The notes: generated by a model from the letters alone, not told the origin. A stretch of 63,299 nucleotides of DNA, filler included, from Choristocarpus tenellus KU-1152 (GCA_964200185.2; 10 parts of 10 records of this genome joined end to end with filler, not necessarily neighbours in it), one strand, 5' to 3'. Shown: positions 11,139 to 24,913, numbered from the whole stretch's first letter. Program-made: numbers and translations.

Positions 11139-14100
11139 ATAGGGAGCTTACCTCCCACTAAATATTTTGATAGTGCAGAAATTATGTCTGCTCTTGTACT
11201 TGTGGAGTGTTTTAAGGCTTGGAATGTTGCCTTTTTCCTTTGGCGATGTGTGTTTCTAGTCCAACCCAATGTCAATGCCATACATGCATATGTGGGAATC
11301 AAACCTAAGTTTGACAGAGGTACATCCTGTTATCACGAAGCAGAGCTGTGAATGCAGATCTTTAGCTGGTATGAAATTGTCCCAACAACTCAAGTGTGAG
11401 GGGTTACATTGACTGTACAGACACACACAGAGAATGACTTAGTCTCTGGCATTGTTGTTCTGCCCTTGCTGAGACTGGTCCCACTTCCGACCATTTAGTG
11501 ACGTCCTATGGCCACCATATGTTCCTGAGGTTCCTTGAGCCTGTGCGACCCCCCTGTGAAAAGTATGTGTTAACCTTCAATTAACTCTGGTGCTTTTCAA
11601 TGCTGTTGGTGGTTGATGCTCTAAGTCCCTGGTGTGGATTTGAAATTAGGTCATACTTCTACCTCTTGCTGTAGTAGAGACATGGGAGCAGCAAGGACCA
11701 TGCCATCAATCATAAAACCTGAAAGGCAGTTAGCACTGCAGAAATGAGAAGTTTATTTTTGTTTGCGGTAGGGTTCACAACAGTACTGATGGTAAATGAG
11801 TGAAATTTGTTGTGTCAGTTCACCCAGACCGGAGTACAGGTGTGGATGCCTTACACACAGAAAGTGTGAGTATGGATCTCATTTTTATGGTAAGGAAGTT
11901 ACACATGTTTTATCTCTTTAGCTTCTGCAATATTCTTGCCCACATGAAATGTGGGATGCAATACATTACCAAATATGTGCTTACTCCGAACATACTGCAG
12001 GACTGTAGTGATGCTTCTTGTGCTTTACCCATAAAAGCCCATGCCAAGTTCTATGTGTTACGTGTATGTCGTAAATGATTGGTAGCTAGGGCAACACTTC
12101 TAACTTGCTCTTTATGTAAGTATGATACATTTCATGTATCTGCTATTTGGAAGTAGAAATAGATAGATACAATGGGCAAGATAAATGTTAGTATACATCC
12201 TGGAGTATATTCTTTAAAAAAAACAGTATTAGATGCCCATCTAAAATGACCTGGGTTTTCTTGCATATGTGCACAACGTATGTGATATTCAGCTTCTTCA
12301 GATTGTTGAGGGGAGTCAACACAAGCAGTAGTAGTAGTAGGGCAAGGAAACATGTTATTTTCAATGGTTTTGTCACAGATTATGATTCCCTCGAGATGAC
12401 AAAACGTACTTACAATGTGCACGTGTTGGTGTTCCCTTTGTTTCTTGGCACTTTTAGGCCTCGTCAATGTGTAAAAAAATGTACAATATTTCCTAGAGAA
12501 TTGATTAATCTACCCCTTCATACTTTAGAAGTGGGTGAACATATCTAGGCTGCCATAATTTACTACTCAAAAGTAATTTTCGCTTCAAAGTTGATGTACC
12601 TAGCCAATCCTAGATTGAACGAGTATTGAGGCCACAAAACTAGCAGGGGCAGTAACTATTGATCAGCCTACTGCACACTATTTTGGGAACAATCACCAGT
12701 AGAGAGAGAAAGCCGATCCAGTCCTTGCAGAGGATTCTTTGTCAACTTCATGGATCAGATGCTAAGCGTGCATCCTAACTCAATACTTCCGGTTCAATGG
12801 AGCAAGAAATATTGATGGCAACCCTTAAATGATGCATACACCTACAAAAATAGGTTCATTACAAGTCGTGTCACCTCTGTACCAAGCCAATTTAGGATTG
12901 ATACACCTATGTGCTGGAGTTTGACATGTGATGACAAACTGGGATGAGTGTAACCTATTGTCAGGATCACAAGGCATACCTATTAACCAGAGCTTTTCAC
13001 TGGACCTGCACCACGGATCAACGCACAGTCCAGTTCAATCATATCTCTGACGGTCCTGGACTAACACTATTGAAATATACTCCAAGTGCTTCACAGGGAC
13101 TAACCTGTGCCCCGGTCTAGTTGAAATTTCGGTGATCTAGACAAGTGTCCTACTAGAACATAAAACAGTACTTGAGTGTTTTTTTTAGGGGACTGTTGTT
13201 GAACTATCCCACACTGGACCCGCGGCTTTCATGGTGCTTTAATGAAGGACAAAGAACAGCTTGATGTAGATGAACAATGTTAGTATTACAAGGGCCTTTG
13301 TGGTCTCGATTCTGCTGACTGAGCTTGTGGGTGAGACTCTAGCCTTAACTACCATCATTACTCTATAGTGTGGGGTTTGTAACCGTCCACACTAATTTAC
13401 TATGAATTACTTATTTACTTATCTTAAGTATAGGAAGTGTATCTCGAACATGATCTAAAACCAATCAACACTATGAGTCAGAACATAGAATATATCTGTT
13501 ACTGGCTCTCCATCCTATTATCTAATCCACCAGTGGTGTCTACGTGTATCAGCAGCACTATCTACGAACAACTGTCAGTGGTCCAATCTAGTAGATTCTA
13601 TTGCTGTCCTGAAAAAAACGGTGCGTTTGCTGATCAACCTGCTCAGGATCGGTCGGACCAGCTTAGTCAAAATATGTCAATGGACCCCCAAATTATCCCA
13701 AACACATATGACAATGAAACATGTTTTTCAAAATGCTTCAAGCTGCATACGTTCCCATCATTGTCATCATACGATTGACTAAGTGCTGACCAGGCCAGCT
13801 CCATACCATCTGTGTTTAAAGTTCTATCAGGACCGTGAGCTGGTCCGCAACCTGATCCATTTGCAGTCTTTGACGACCCTGATTTGGAAGGCAGAGCTCT
13901 ACAGACTGTAGTATTAAACTTCGTGGATATGAACTCATTTGACATCAGCCTTTTTTGGACGCATATCTGGCTTAGATGATCCAATTCCACATGACAAGCA
14001 CAATGGATTGTACACACAGACCTGTACTATATCCCTTCTCTGGCTATACCACAGGATGAAGGCCAAAACTTGAAGGTGAGAACGAGACAAGGTTAGAGGG

Positions 14101-15302
14101 TGGAAATACACCGACAGAGAGTGGGAGCGCTGAACCCAATGCACGAGACCTAGCTAAGAACAGATGCACTACAACTATTAGTTGTAGAACAGTGTTACAA
14201 AAATAGAAAGTACCTCTGTCCATGGGTTGGGATAGTCCCGTGATTATTTACTTTCTATATTTTCATTATTTATCACATTAGTCTTGGCAATTCCTGACCC
14301 GCGGTCGAAAAGGTAGTCCAACCAAGCCAACACGCACTGAGAAATGGCAACAAACCTATACAAGATAAACAAAGCAGTGGAAGAAAAGAAAATAATAGAA
14401 AAGGAAGTAGAAAGGAAGAACAGAATCTCAAGGGAAAATCAACACCCAAGAAAGATAAGGGGAAGAGAAGAAAACATTAACAAAGGACGCAAGAGAAGAA
14501 GCACACAAACAAAACAGTATTCAGCGGACAGGGATGGTGGTGTGTTGGTGGCTTGGGCGACCTTACCTGTTGCTTTGATGTGGCATACACTACTAGGTAT
14601 CACAGCCTGCTTGAAACAACATTTGGTTATACCTTGTTGTGCCCTTAGCCACACACTCATACTATTTGTGTTGGTTTGTGAGCTTCATGCTCTAATCCTC
14701 AACTCCAATCCCAAGCTTCTCTAGATTGTCTTGGAGACATGACAACAAATCTTCCCCTGTCCACCTTCATTCCGTATTCCGCTGCAAGCTCTCCGAACAT
14801 CAATATCCCCCTCTGCTTGTGTAGCGTTGCCTGTTAAAACATGGGCTACTCATTTGTTTCTTGTTGATATGATACACAATACTACCAGCTTGTACTGACT
14901 GTTGATTGGTGCACTGCACTGGTTGTTAGTGTTCATCTATTTATTGCGCATTCGAACTCATCATCACATCGATGACAGTAGATAGAAGTATAGCATCAGT
15001 TGATATTCAGTTGACCCGCATCACACACAGGAACATCATAGCACACGTCATCTAAGTTACTTCGGAACTTGCATCAAGTGCATCCCACTGTTACCTTGAG
15101 TTCCCCTTTCTATTTTGTTGTTGTTCCCATCTATGTTCTTTCTTTTTTCTTTATGCAAAAGACCCTAGATGCACAGTAATTGTTTATTTTTTTATTGATT
15201 GTCATTGTCCCCCACTGAGCGCCTCAAGCTCACTCTGCAATAGTCCCCCTGACGCACACTTGGATGTAATACACCCAGAGTTAAAACCATCTACTGAAAC
15301 CC

Positions 15303-15402
15303 NNNNNNNNNNNNNNNNNNNNNNNNNNNNNNNNNNNNNNNNNNNNTTAATTAATTAANNNNNNNNNNNNNNNNNNNNNNNNNNNNNNNNNNNNNNNNNN
15401 NN
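15303..15402. other. Artificial contig-joining spacer
   Basis: N44-TTAATTAATTAA-N44. Confidence 0.97.
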
Positions 15403-15451
15403 CATAAAAAAACCTTGAGGTACTTTTTTAAGACCGTTTTCGCAAAAACAA

Positions 15452-15500
15452 CCATCCTCATAGTCCGCTCCATCCTCAATTTTGAGAATCCACTGTTAGA
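15452..15500 (+). repeat. Dispersed repeat with CCATCCTCA subrepeats
   Basis: GCTCCATCCTCAATTTTGAGAAT is also present at 41495-41580. Confidence 0.6.
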
Positions 15501-15606
15501 TGCTAACAAATACATCAATGTTCACTTTCCCACCTATCTTAACCTCACCAACTTTTGCCCAGAACCACATCACCACGACGCAAATCTTCTGAGTGTAGCA
15601 TATGGG

Positions 15607-16701
15607 ATGGTACGATTCTGGATAGCTGCAGCTACGATTGGCATTCTACTGCAACGTCTCTTCTACCTATTGTGGCATAGGCAAAACACCCCAACCCTCC
15701 AGGGATTCCATGCTCTGTCGACCATTGAAACCGTAGTCGTCAACGGACATGAGCATACTCTTGTCATTCGCGGCCACGACATCTCAAAATCGCCGATTCT
15801 TCTCTGCTTGCACGGGGGACCAGGAGCATCTGAAATCCCTTTCATACACCAAGCAAATAACGAGCTGGAGCGGAGGTTCATCGTTGTCACCTACGATCAG
15901 CGAAGTGCTGGAAAATCATGTAAATTTTACGACGGTTCCGAATTAACTGTTAGGGGTCATGTTGATGACGCCATTGCAGTTGCTGAGGTCCTTCTAGCAC
16001 GCTTCCAACACCAAAAACTGTATATCAAGGGAGGCTCCTGGGGCTCTGTGCTTGCCCTCCTTTTTGCCCAGCGCCGGCCTGATATTGTGCACAAAGTTCT
16101 GGTCAGGGGGATGCTGGTGGATGGGGAGAGAAACGAGCAACTTTCCAGAGAGTTCACACTCAACCGGCTGCGAGAGCTAGGCGTCACCGCAGGTGTGAAA
16201 GCACTCGAAATGATGCGTCTTCCGCCATATCAGGACCGTGTTTCAGACCTTGTTCAACAACGTAAATGGCTGTATGTGGCCGGAGGTATGAGCCACTCGT
16301 GCCAGGGAGATGGGCATGATGATACGCAAAGGAGATCAGCATGCCCACGCATGGGGCTTGTTTGGCGCACAACCATAGCAGTACTCCTATCCCCAGAGAT
16401 GTCTTTGGCCGAGGCTGTGCAATTCGAGAGGTGCCTTACGGATACTCTACGCCAAATGTGGCCAGAGGTCGAGCAATTCAAAGCGACAGAGATGGTCCCA
16501 GAACTTGAAGTACCACTCGTGGTGTTCCATGGCCGTCACGATCATTGCACCTCCGCAGAACTGGTTGAAGGGTACTTGAACGAATTGATAGCACCTGCTG
16601 GGAAGAGTATTGTGTGGTTTGAGGGCAGTGGGCACTCACCACAACTAGAGGAACCCATGCGATTCCAGCAAGAGGCTATCAAACACCTCCTTGAGAAATG
16701 A
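15607..16701 (+). CDS. Intronless alpha/beta-fold hydrolase (proline-iminopeptidase-like), ~364 aa, with N-terminal hydrophobic anchor or signal
   Basis: LHGGPG oxyanion motif, YDQRSAGKS, nucleophile elbow GGSWGS, acid motif GRHD and catalytic His in FEGSGHSP. First in-frame ATG at 15607. Confidence 0.9.
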   Translation: MVRFWIAAATIGILLQRLFYLLWHRQNTPTLQGFHALSTIETVVVNGHEHTLVIRGHDISKSPILLCLHGGPGASEIPFIHQANNELERRFIVVTYDQRSAGKSCKFYDGSELTVRGHVDDAIAVAEVLLARFQHQKLYIKGGSWGSVLALLFAQRRPDIVHKVLVRGMLVDGERNEQLSREFTLNRLRELGVTAGVKALEMMRLPPYQDRVSDLVQQRKWLYVAGGMSHSCQGDGHDDTQRRSACPRMGLVWRTTIAVLLSPEMSLAEAVQFERCLTDTLRQMWPEVEQFKATEMVPELEVPLVVFHGRHDHCTSAELVEGYLNELIAPAGKSIVWFEGSGHSPQLEEPMRFQQEAIKHLLEK

Positions 16702-19700
16702 GTGCAGTCATGTAGATAACTCATGAACAGTTGTTTTAGGGACACCTGGAAACATCCATGCTCTTACTCATTCAAGTGTATGATTGGATCGATTCCATCG
16801 ACAAGAACCTCAAGTCCTGACTCTGATACAAGCAGCTTTTTGACCTCTCTGTAGCTAATGGAGGGTGTTATTGTCTTGCTTTTTCCAGTGGTAACATTAC
16901 ATTTTCATGTTGTATACCCTCAGGCATTGTTCACGTATCTAGCTATTATCCAGCTTTTTGGACTACACCTGGTCTAAAGACAGACAAGAGTGTAACAACT
17001 CTACACCCCAAACACTGTTCAAATTAGTTTCATTACTCTCTCTGATTGTTCTGTAAATTTATTTGCAGCAGATTGAAACGTTACCTACTAGGTATTTCTT
17101 CAAGATCGTTCTTAGTAGTACTAGAAATAATTGTAGTACTTTTTTTTATCAAGGCTGGTCTAGAACTTGAACAATAATTCTTCCAGACTTCTACTTAAGC
17201 CCATCTGACCTGGCACACAGTCAGGGATCTTCTAGTACACGACCACATGATACCTTCACTGATGATACAATCTAGCCAAGCTCGCTTGCTTCATTGCCCC
17301 TTTCCTAGCACACATACCCACACCCTAATTACTCACAACATGCGTACCCTATTGAGAACTGCTCTTTCCTGTGTATCAAGTCTCTGTGAAGGTCTCTGCC
17401 CCAATAAAGGTGTTCAAAGGAAGTCTCTTGGAGGGTTAAGATCCCCCATGTGGTGTCTTCATTCTTTGCAGCAGAGGAAACTTGGAAGTGACTGCTGCAT
17501 CGCCCTCATTGATGGATGATGCTGGACGGGAAAATAGTAATATAAAAATATAAAGGTAGTTTGAAGTACCAAACAGTATGTTAGCGATATACCGATGGCT
17601 GTTTAGTTTATAATGATGGTGATTGAACACTGTCCATATACAGGGATCTCTGAAGTTAGACAACATGAGCCATCGCAGTTGGAAGGCAAATGAGCAGATC
17701 AAAATTGGAAGTGAATCAATAAATGAAGTCTACGCAGGACCAACACTTGTGGAGTAAGAACTGATAGGAAGTCCCATTCACGAGAGGTGATACAATGCTG
17801 AGCACAAAGACTGATAACATCGAAGAGAAAATTGCTACTCCTTTTGCATAAAAAAAACTATTTCCAGTTCGTAACGTTTGGACTGCCTTGCTGGGAGATG
17901 GACATGAAACATAAGACACGACTAACAAGTGGACCCCTTCAATAGGAGGCTCCTTGAAACATTGTACCACCTCTATGGTTGTGATGAATCAAAGCCAGAG
18001 GGAGGATAGTTGTAGAGTAAAAGTCCCATACAGCAGCAGGTTCATGAATAACTCTATAACCTTGGCATATAGGACGCGTTTCTGTTGAAATATCTGGCAT
18101 TACTTCATTTTTTTTTGTCTGATGTTATTACTTTGGGATGACAACGCTTACACATGACCACCTCTCTTTATGAATACTAAAAGGAATATTCCAAGCTCAC
18201 ATTCCAAAAACAAGAAGCTAATAATAATAATAATAATCAAGTCACCTTCTTTTAGAGCATCTCCTTGGCATCAACACCTCACTAAGGTGTATCAAACTCG
18301 CTAGAGCCCCAATTTGAACAGGAGAGTGCAAAAGATATTACCACAACACAAGAAAGGAATATATAAAGCTATATTTCACCCTGATTGAGGAATTCAACAT
18401 CTGCCACGGTGCAATGCTATCAACATATATCAAGGTTTTCCAATAGGAAGAAATAGAGAGGCTACTGGTAGGCCCTCAGTGCACAAAGATTGCCTCAAGA
18501 GATTTAAATTCAGCATGTTGCTTAATTACAATATTCTTTGTTGTTCTAACAATGTCCTTGCCCTGACTGCAAAAGCGTGCCTTTAATACTACTCAGATTT
18601 CAAACTCACGTAACACATCATTATCTCCAATCTTTTCCCCTCTATTCTCTCCCTGTGGTATTGCCTCCAACCTCCTACCCTTTTTCCTGTCACATTTCTT
18701 GTCCCAGCCTCTCATGGAGCCATGTAAGTTGTCATGTACTCTACGCAGCAACTCAAATGCTCGCCCTTAGCAGGGCCATAGCTCTGCACCTAGATCTCAA
18801 AAACAAGATAAAAACATGTAGAAATTTTCTTTGTACTACGTATATCGGGGCTTGCAGCCACCCCTCAATCTCAGCTGGAAAGATGTCCCCACCAGCACGA
18901 AATGTAGCACAAACCACACAAGTGAACCACGCCCCAGGCAGACAGAAAATACTCCACATATCATGCACTACTTGGGACCAACAGTATTGCCAGTGTTCAC
19001 GAGACAGAACCCCAGCATAGGTAAGGGCTGACCAACCCTGTAAGATCCCCAAATCCATCAGAAACTAACAAGAACCCTGACCAAAATATCCACCAAGCAC
19101 TGATCTCTATGCCGCACAGTCATCTCTTACTCAGCTGTCTCTGGCATACACTTCTAACACTCACCAACATCCACCGACTGTCACCATTCTCCACACAGGT
19201 CCATCCAAGGCCTCGGTATATTTGTACACCTATATGCACAACCAGGCAGGATTCTCATTTCATTTTCCTCCAGTGGGTGAGCCTTAAGACAGTGACAGAG
19301 GTCGCTCACATCTCGCAAGGAGTATAGCAACTCACCCTCTTCCTTTTTTAGCAAGATCCGACAATGCTTCACAGCACTCCACCTGCATTCTTGATACACC
19401 CTACTGAAGCCCCTCCCACTACACCTTATTCCTCACACATCCCCACTATATAATATACAAGGCCGATTCTGAAATCACTACAATGGTGTGGACAGAGGGG
19501 TGGGGAGGAATCGCCACCAAGCATCAAGTATCAAGAACACCTCGGAACACACACAAAAAAGCACTTCCTGCTAACAGTGCATTCTTATCAACATGGAAAA
19601 AATACAGCACAAACATTATATACATCATCTCCCTCAATTGACCAACGATTTTTAATCTTCACAAGAATGTAACGCCCTCGCCACCTTCACATCAAAAACT

Positions 19701-19728
19701 AAGAATGACCTTCGAGCTACTAAGTACA

Positions 19729-21481
19729 TCATTTGAGAGAGGAGAGGCTTAATCCGTACGTCCACGAGCAAAATCGTAGCATCACGGTGCTTAAGAAGCC
19801 CACGCCCAGTCGCACAAGGGGGTCACTCCAATGCCGCCTTGCCATTAGGTAAAATGCAGAGCCTGCAGCTGCAGTGGTTATATAGAGCTCCGCGTGACCC
19901 TGTAGCACCTTCACCGGGACATTTGTCAACACCTGTGAATACCGTGTGCAAGGGGATTTTAGTTGCTGTTTCTTTTCAATGAAAATATTGTAATTATATT
20001 ACACGATTTTTCTCCAGCAACAATTCATCAGCAAAACGAAACACAGAATAAAAACGAGAGCAACAGTCTGCTGAAGGTGCAGCCTTAACCTAGAGCTGAA
20101 AGATAAGATGAGGATTTGGGGACAGGCAAAGACAATTCAAGGGTGTAGGGATTTGGATATTTCATCAGACCATAGCAAGTAATTCAAAGACTAATACTAT
20201 GGTTACTTCTACATCTACCTTGAGTTCTCTTTCATCTCTTCACCTTTTCTGACACTACTGCAGGCAATGCCACTTTTAAGGATATCGCTACAGATCTGAG
20301 CGAATAGATTCACAGTCAATTCCCGCAGGTATAAATCAAGGGAAACTTCACAAGGACAGACTTACATCACGAATGATTCCACCACCAGAGCACGTGATTG
20401 TTGTCAATGCAATCGTCATCAACGGGTGGAACCCATTGCGGATACCGTGCTGAGATCCCACTACTGAGAATGCTCCCAGGCCGATAGTATCAAGCCAGCG
20501 GAAGAGTGGTCCATCGATCAAGCCACTCCCTGTGGTAGAGAAAAGCGACATGGTGCGAAGAACAGGCCACAGCAAAAAGGTGGCCACAGCAGTTCCAACA
20601 CAAATGCCAAGGTACTCAGCCTGCATAGACAATATTTGACACATAGGACAAGGGGGGTAAAAGCTGGACTGAGTATCGACTGAAGGATAATATGGATAGG
20701 GCAAATACTACGTACTTGTTCGGTTAAAATTCTTCGTTATACACCTTTCCTAGAAAGGGGGGACATTTGATACGGTTGTATTTATCATATCAGCCATATT
20801 CTAGACCACGTCAGAGAGTTTATACCTCCGAATACCCTCCTTTGCAGGATGTCATGACGCACAATCGGAAGCAAAATTTTGATGATCAACTTACATGACC
20901 TCCCCTCTACTCTCCGGCAGAATTTGACTTACCTCCTTGATCCAGAAGACAGGAGTTTGTCCCAAGAGAATGTCTCGGGTGGTTCCACCACCCATAGCTG
21001 CAATGATACCGATTATGATTGCCCCTGGCAGTTCCATCCCATGAAGACTCGCACTTACGGCTCCACCCATAGCGAAAGAGGCAGTCCCTAAGTAGTCCAA
21101 AGAACGAAGGAGACCTCCCGGTGTTTCGAGGGAGGGGTATCTGGTCATGGCTTCATCCGGGGTCACACCACGATGATTAACGGGAACAGACGAAAAAATT
21201 GGTCTTCGATACCACCCTCTCGTTGTGGTTGCCTCGTGGAAGTCCACCGATGCCAATGATGTCCCTTCACCTTCTCGGACCCCCACCCAATCTTTCACCG
21301 CCATGCTATCGGTATCATTGTAAGAACTTTGAGTAGAATATCGCGTCTCCACAACAGGAACCTGGGATGGATCCGATGAACGTGACGCTCCTGGGAGAAT
21401 GATCCTATCTGTATGGGACGTAGAACCTTCTACATTGAAATCCAGGGCCACCAATGAGCAGAAAAGCGTCAATACCCTCAT
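19729..21481 (-). CDS. Prokaryotic-type TRIC / UPF0126 (YadS/YicG-like) membrane protein, 3 exons (21481-20933, 20620-20366, 19932-19729), ~335 aa
   Basis: Two repeats, LDYLGTASFAMGG...AMGGGTTRDILLGQTPVFW and LDTIGLGAFSVVG...CSGGGIIRDVL...ELY. Both introns are phase 0 with GTAAGT donors and CAG acceptors. Confidence 0.88.
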
Positions 21482-21840
21482 TGTCAACGTGTTGGACCGT
21501 TTGTGAAGGTAAAGAGGTTCCAAATATAGGTGATGACTCCTAAAGTGCCGAATAAGACTCAAAGGTCGAGACACAGCCGAATTTCGCAAGGGAGATTTGC
21601 CAAACTTAAGGGCGGTTGCGAAAGAGACCAGGGATACACCTACTTCCTTTGGTACTAGACGAGAACACCACCCCTGGAATCACGATGAGGCGGATAATTT
21701 CTTGTAACCAACTGGGTGAAGTTTGACGTTTTGAAGTGGTGAGAAAACGTCATGGGGAGTTGGGAAGAAGGCGAAATATGACACATTCATTGGTCAAAGT
21801 TGAAATAAGAAAACTGCTTCCCTGTTTACGGTACAATAAA

Positions 21841-22030
21841 TATAGTACTTGGTTTTTCCTCTGACACATCTACAAAATATCAGAGGGTATAATAATAATA
21901 ATAATAATATATATCATCTTTTAATTTGTAACATACACTGCTCCTCACTAGTATTGTCCAATCGAAGTACTTATATGTTTATGTTCTGTGACGTTTTGTA
22001 TATGTGTGAGAGGAAAAGCCAATGAAAAGC
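21841..22030. repeat. Inverted pair of the ~60-bp hairpin repeat between divergent genes
   Basis: 21841-21900 is the reverse complement of the 41322 copy; about 21975-22030 is a diverged forward copy. Confidence 0.65.
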
Positions 22031-22486
22031 CGACTCAACATCATAAGAACTCCTGAAAAAATAACAGTTTTAGTAAATCTTAAAGTATATAAAAGGATTA
22101 ACTTCGACTTTCCTTTCGTTTATTTGTTTGTTTTGAAGTATTTGAAGTATTGTTTTATTTGTTCTATTATTATTAGTTGGAACCTTTTCTAAGCCATCAA
22201 TAATATTCAGTAGTAGGTAGAAATGTGAAGGACCTTAATTAAGGCCACTCAAGGTTTATCAACTACTGTTTCTTAAACATTGTTGAAGGAACCAACAACG
22301 ACAATCATCGTCGCAACGTTTCTCTTGTATCTCTAACCTTAGTTATACTTGATACAATCTGTACCCAAACATTTGCAGGATTCGTGACTTCAATCGATCA
22401 GTGGTGGTGCTCTATATAGTTGTTCCCCTGACACCCCTATCGAACCTTACTCCTTCTTGTCAACAACCTTCTGTTATGCAATAAAG

Positions 22487-24627
22487 ATGCATCGTATGAT
22501 AGTCCGCCACAATTTCAAATGGTTATACAGGTTGAATGGGGTCCGTTGGTTATCCACAGGATCTGGAAATAATGGAACTTCCGTGGAGGAGGCTGGAAAG
22601 GTAAGGCTTCGAATGCAGATCCACAATGGTAGCACCTCCTAATAGATAGAAGAAATGATGCCTACCTCTCTTAACCAATGCACCTGTTGTAAGTTGGGAT
22701 CTTTCGTACTACCATCTTAAGCTGTCACAAACACTGACAAAGCACCATTACCCCTGCTCCAGGTCCCAAGATACTGCAGTTTCGACTGGCAAGACCCGTT
22801 AATGCTCAAATCTCAACTGAAAGAGGATGAGATCTCGATAAAGGTGAAGGGCACTAAATCTATTACCTGCCCTAATGGCGATGGTTTGGTCCTGTTGAAA
22901 ACGTCACCCGGTAAACCTAGGGAAGACCTTGCTCCCGTGTCTGATTTGCGTCGCTGATGGCGGTGTACTCTTGGCACCTTCGTGCTGATGAAATGTTATA
23001 CGTTGCACCGAGGTCGTCACAAAGAGTCAATTCAACCATTGCTCAGGGCTTCGTAGTGCAAGCAAGTTAGTGTCAGTAAAACGATCGATCCTAGGTTCTG
23101 CTTTTTGAGGTTTTACTCTCCTCCCTTGCTCTCTTCGTAAGTGTAGTCAAGCGTCCAATGATGCCGGAGGGCCTATGGCCGACAACCTATCAGTATCTAC
23201 CCCTTCCCAATGCACTGTCCTCTGACAGGACACGTCCGAGCGGTATGCAAGGGAGAGCCTTATGCCCAGGATCGTAGAGGCCAACCGTAGTCAGATCTTT
23301 GAACGGGAGATCTTGGCAGAGATGGGACGCATGGGCTTTTTGGGATGCACCTTGAAGGGCTACGGCTGCCTTGGTCTGGGAGCTGTCTCATACGGCCTCA
23401 TTTGCAGGTGGCAGAACGTCGGGGAAGGGGAGGACCGAGGGATGCAATGAGTAAGATATCAATTGAACTAGAATTGAGTACCTGTAGTGTGTTGGTTCTG
23501 GTGGAGTATCCAGCCTTTCTCGCATGTACTGGGATCAGAACTGCGAAGATTTGAGTAGTTCATGACAATCCATGCTGAACACTGAGGTCGTGGAGAAGGA
23601 GCTGCTGAAGATGTGAGTTAACCAAGCACTGCAGACTATCTCTTTTTTTTTTACAACCTTAGTACCGTTTCGCCTTGTCGTCCCTAGCGTACAAAGTATG
23701 CAGTACCAGAGCTTTCATGTTGTTTCAAAGGGTTTTGAGCAGCAGGATGTTCTCTCCTCACCTTCGTCCCTTGGTGTCAATGTGGTGCTCACTACGCTTT
23801 ACTCCATCTATTATCTCACCCTTATCATGTGGTAGGGCGGTGGAGGGCATTGACAGCAGCTATCGATCCGTGTTGAGCGTCCAGTCATCCCTGGTTATGT
23901 ATCCCATTTATTCCTACGGCTCTGAAGAGCAGCGACAGAAGGTAACTGTGTGTACAGTGTTTGGAAGTGCAGTCAGTACATTTATTTTTATCCCTTCTGG
24001 AAGTCCTCCCCTCTCCAAATGCTGCCAGGACCTACAACCACTGTCCTCAAGGGGAAATCCCAGTCCAAACTAGAGTTTGGACCAACCATCCCTCTTACCA
24101 CCCTATGGCTCGTTCTCTCCATGACCCCCAACATCACAAAACCACGAGGGGCACATGAATACCTTCTGCAATCCTTTCCTCATTCGAGACAATCCTCACG
24201 AGTCCTCCTTCCCCACCATCCCAACACTCCGCCTATCCCAACCACTTCTCCTGCCGCTCAGTACCTCCCAGCGCTAGCGTCAGGTGAGCTCATAGGGTGT
24301 TTTGGCCTGACAGAACCTGGATCAGGGTCTGACCCAGGGAGCATGACAACCACGGCGACACGTCAGGGGGATGGGTCCTATGTGCTCTCCGGCTCCAAGA
24401 CTTGGATCACCAACTCTCCCATCGCAGATGTGATGGTTGTCTGGGCCAAGGAGGGGGGGAGCCAGGGGGATGTGAGGGGGTTTGTTGTGGAGGCCGGGCT
24501 GCCTGGGCTGACGGTGTCTAAGATTGAGGGGAAGCTGTCCCTTCGTGCTTCTGTTACAGGCATGATCCACATGGATGATGTGCACGTTCCTGCTGGGAGT
24601 GTTCTACCATTGGCCAAGGGTCTCAAG
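22487..24627 (+). CDS. GCDH: Glutaryl-CoA dehydrogenase, mitochondrial; first 5 exons (22487-22600, 22763-22843, 23229-23407, 23836-23941, 24262-24627), 3' part missing
   Basis: [69 protein letters not shown] and [10 protein letters not shown]. All junctions are GT-AG and phase-consistent; Arg-rich N-terminal presequence. Confidence 0.93.
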
Positions 24628-24711
24628 GTGGGGAAAAAAACAAAAGTTATCGCTCGCTTGCTTTGATCTGATGAGCCCTGTTTTTATGGCAAGTATACAG
24701 TACAGGGAATC

Positions 24712-24759
<48 letters not shown>

Positions 24760-24813
24760 AAGGAGGAGAAAGGGGTGGGAAAGAGAGGGGTGTTTCGGGG
24801 GGTGTGGGTTTTT

Positions 24814-24913
24814 NNNNNNNNNNNNNNNNNNNNNNNNNNNNNNNNNNNNNNNNNNNNTTAATTAATTAANNNNNNNNNNNNNNNNNNNNNNNNNNNNNNN
24901 NNNNNNNNNNNNN
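24814..24913. other. Artificial contig-joining spacer
   Basis: N44-TTAATTAATTAA-N44. Confidence 0.97.

Noticed and set aside
15415-15606. N-terminal extension of the hydrolase in the ORF track
   Set aside because: It begins at TTG and runs through a dispersed repeat; the first ATG is at 15607.
18750-19400. Decayed LINE 3' end
   Set aside because: Only a vague Cys/His pattern; too degenerate to call.
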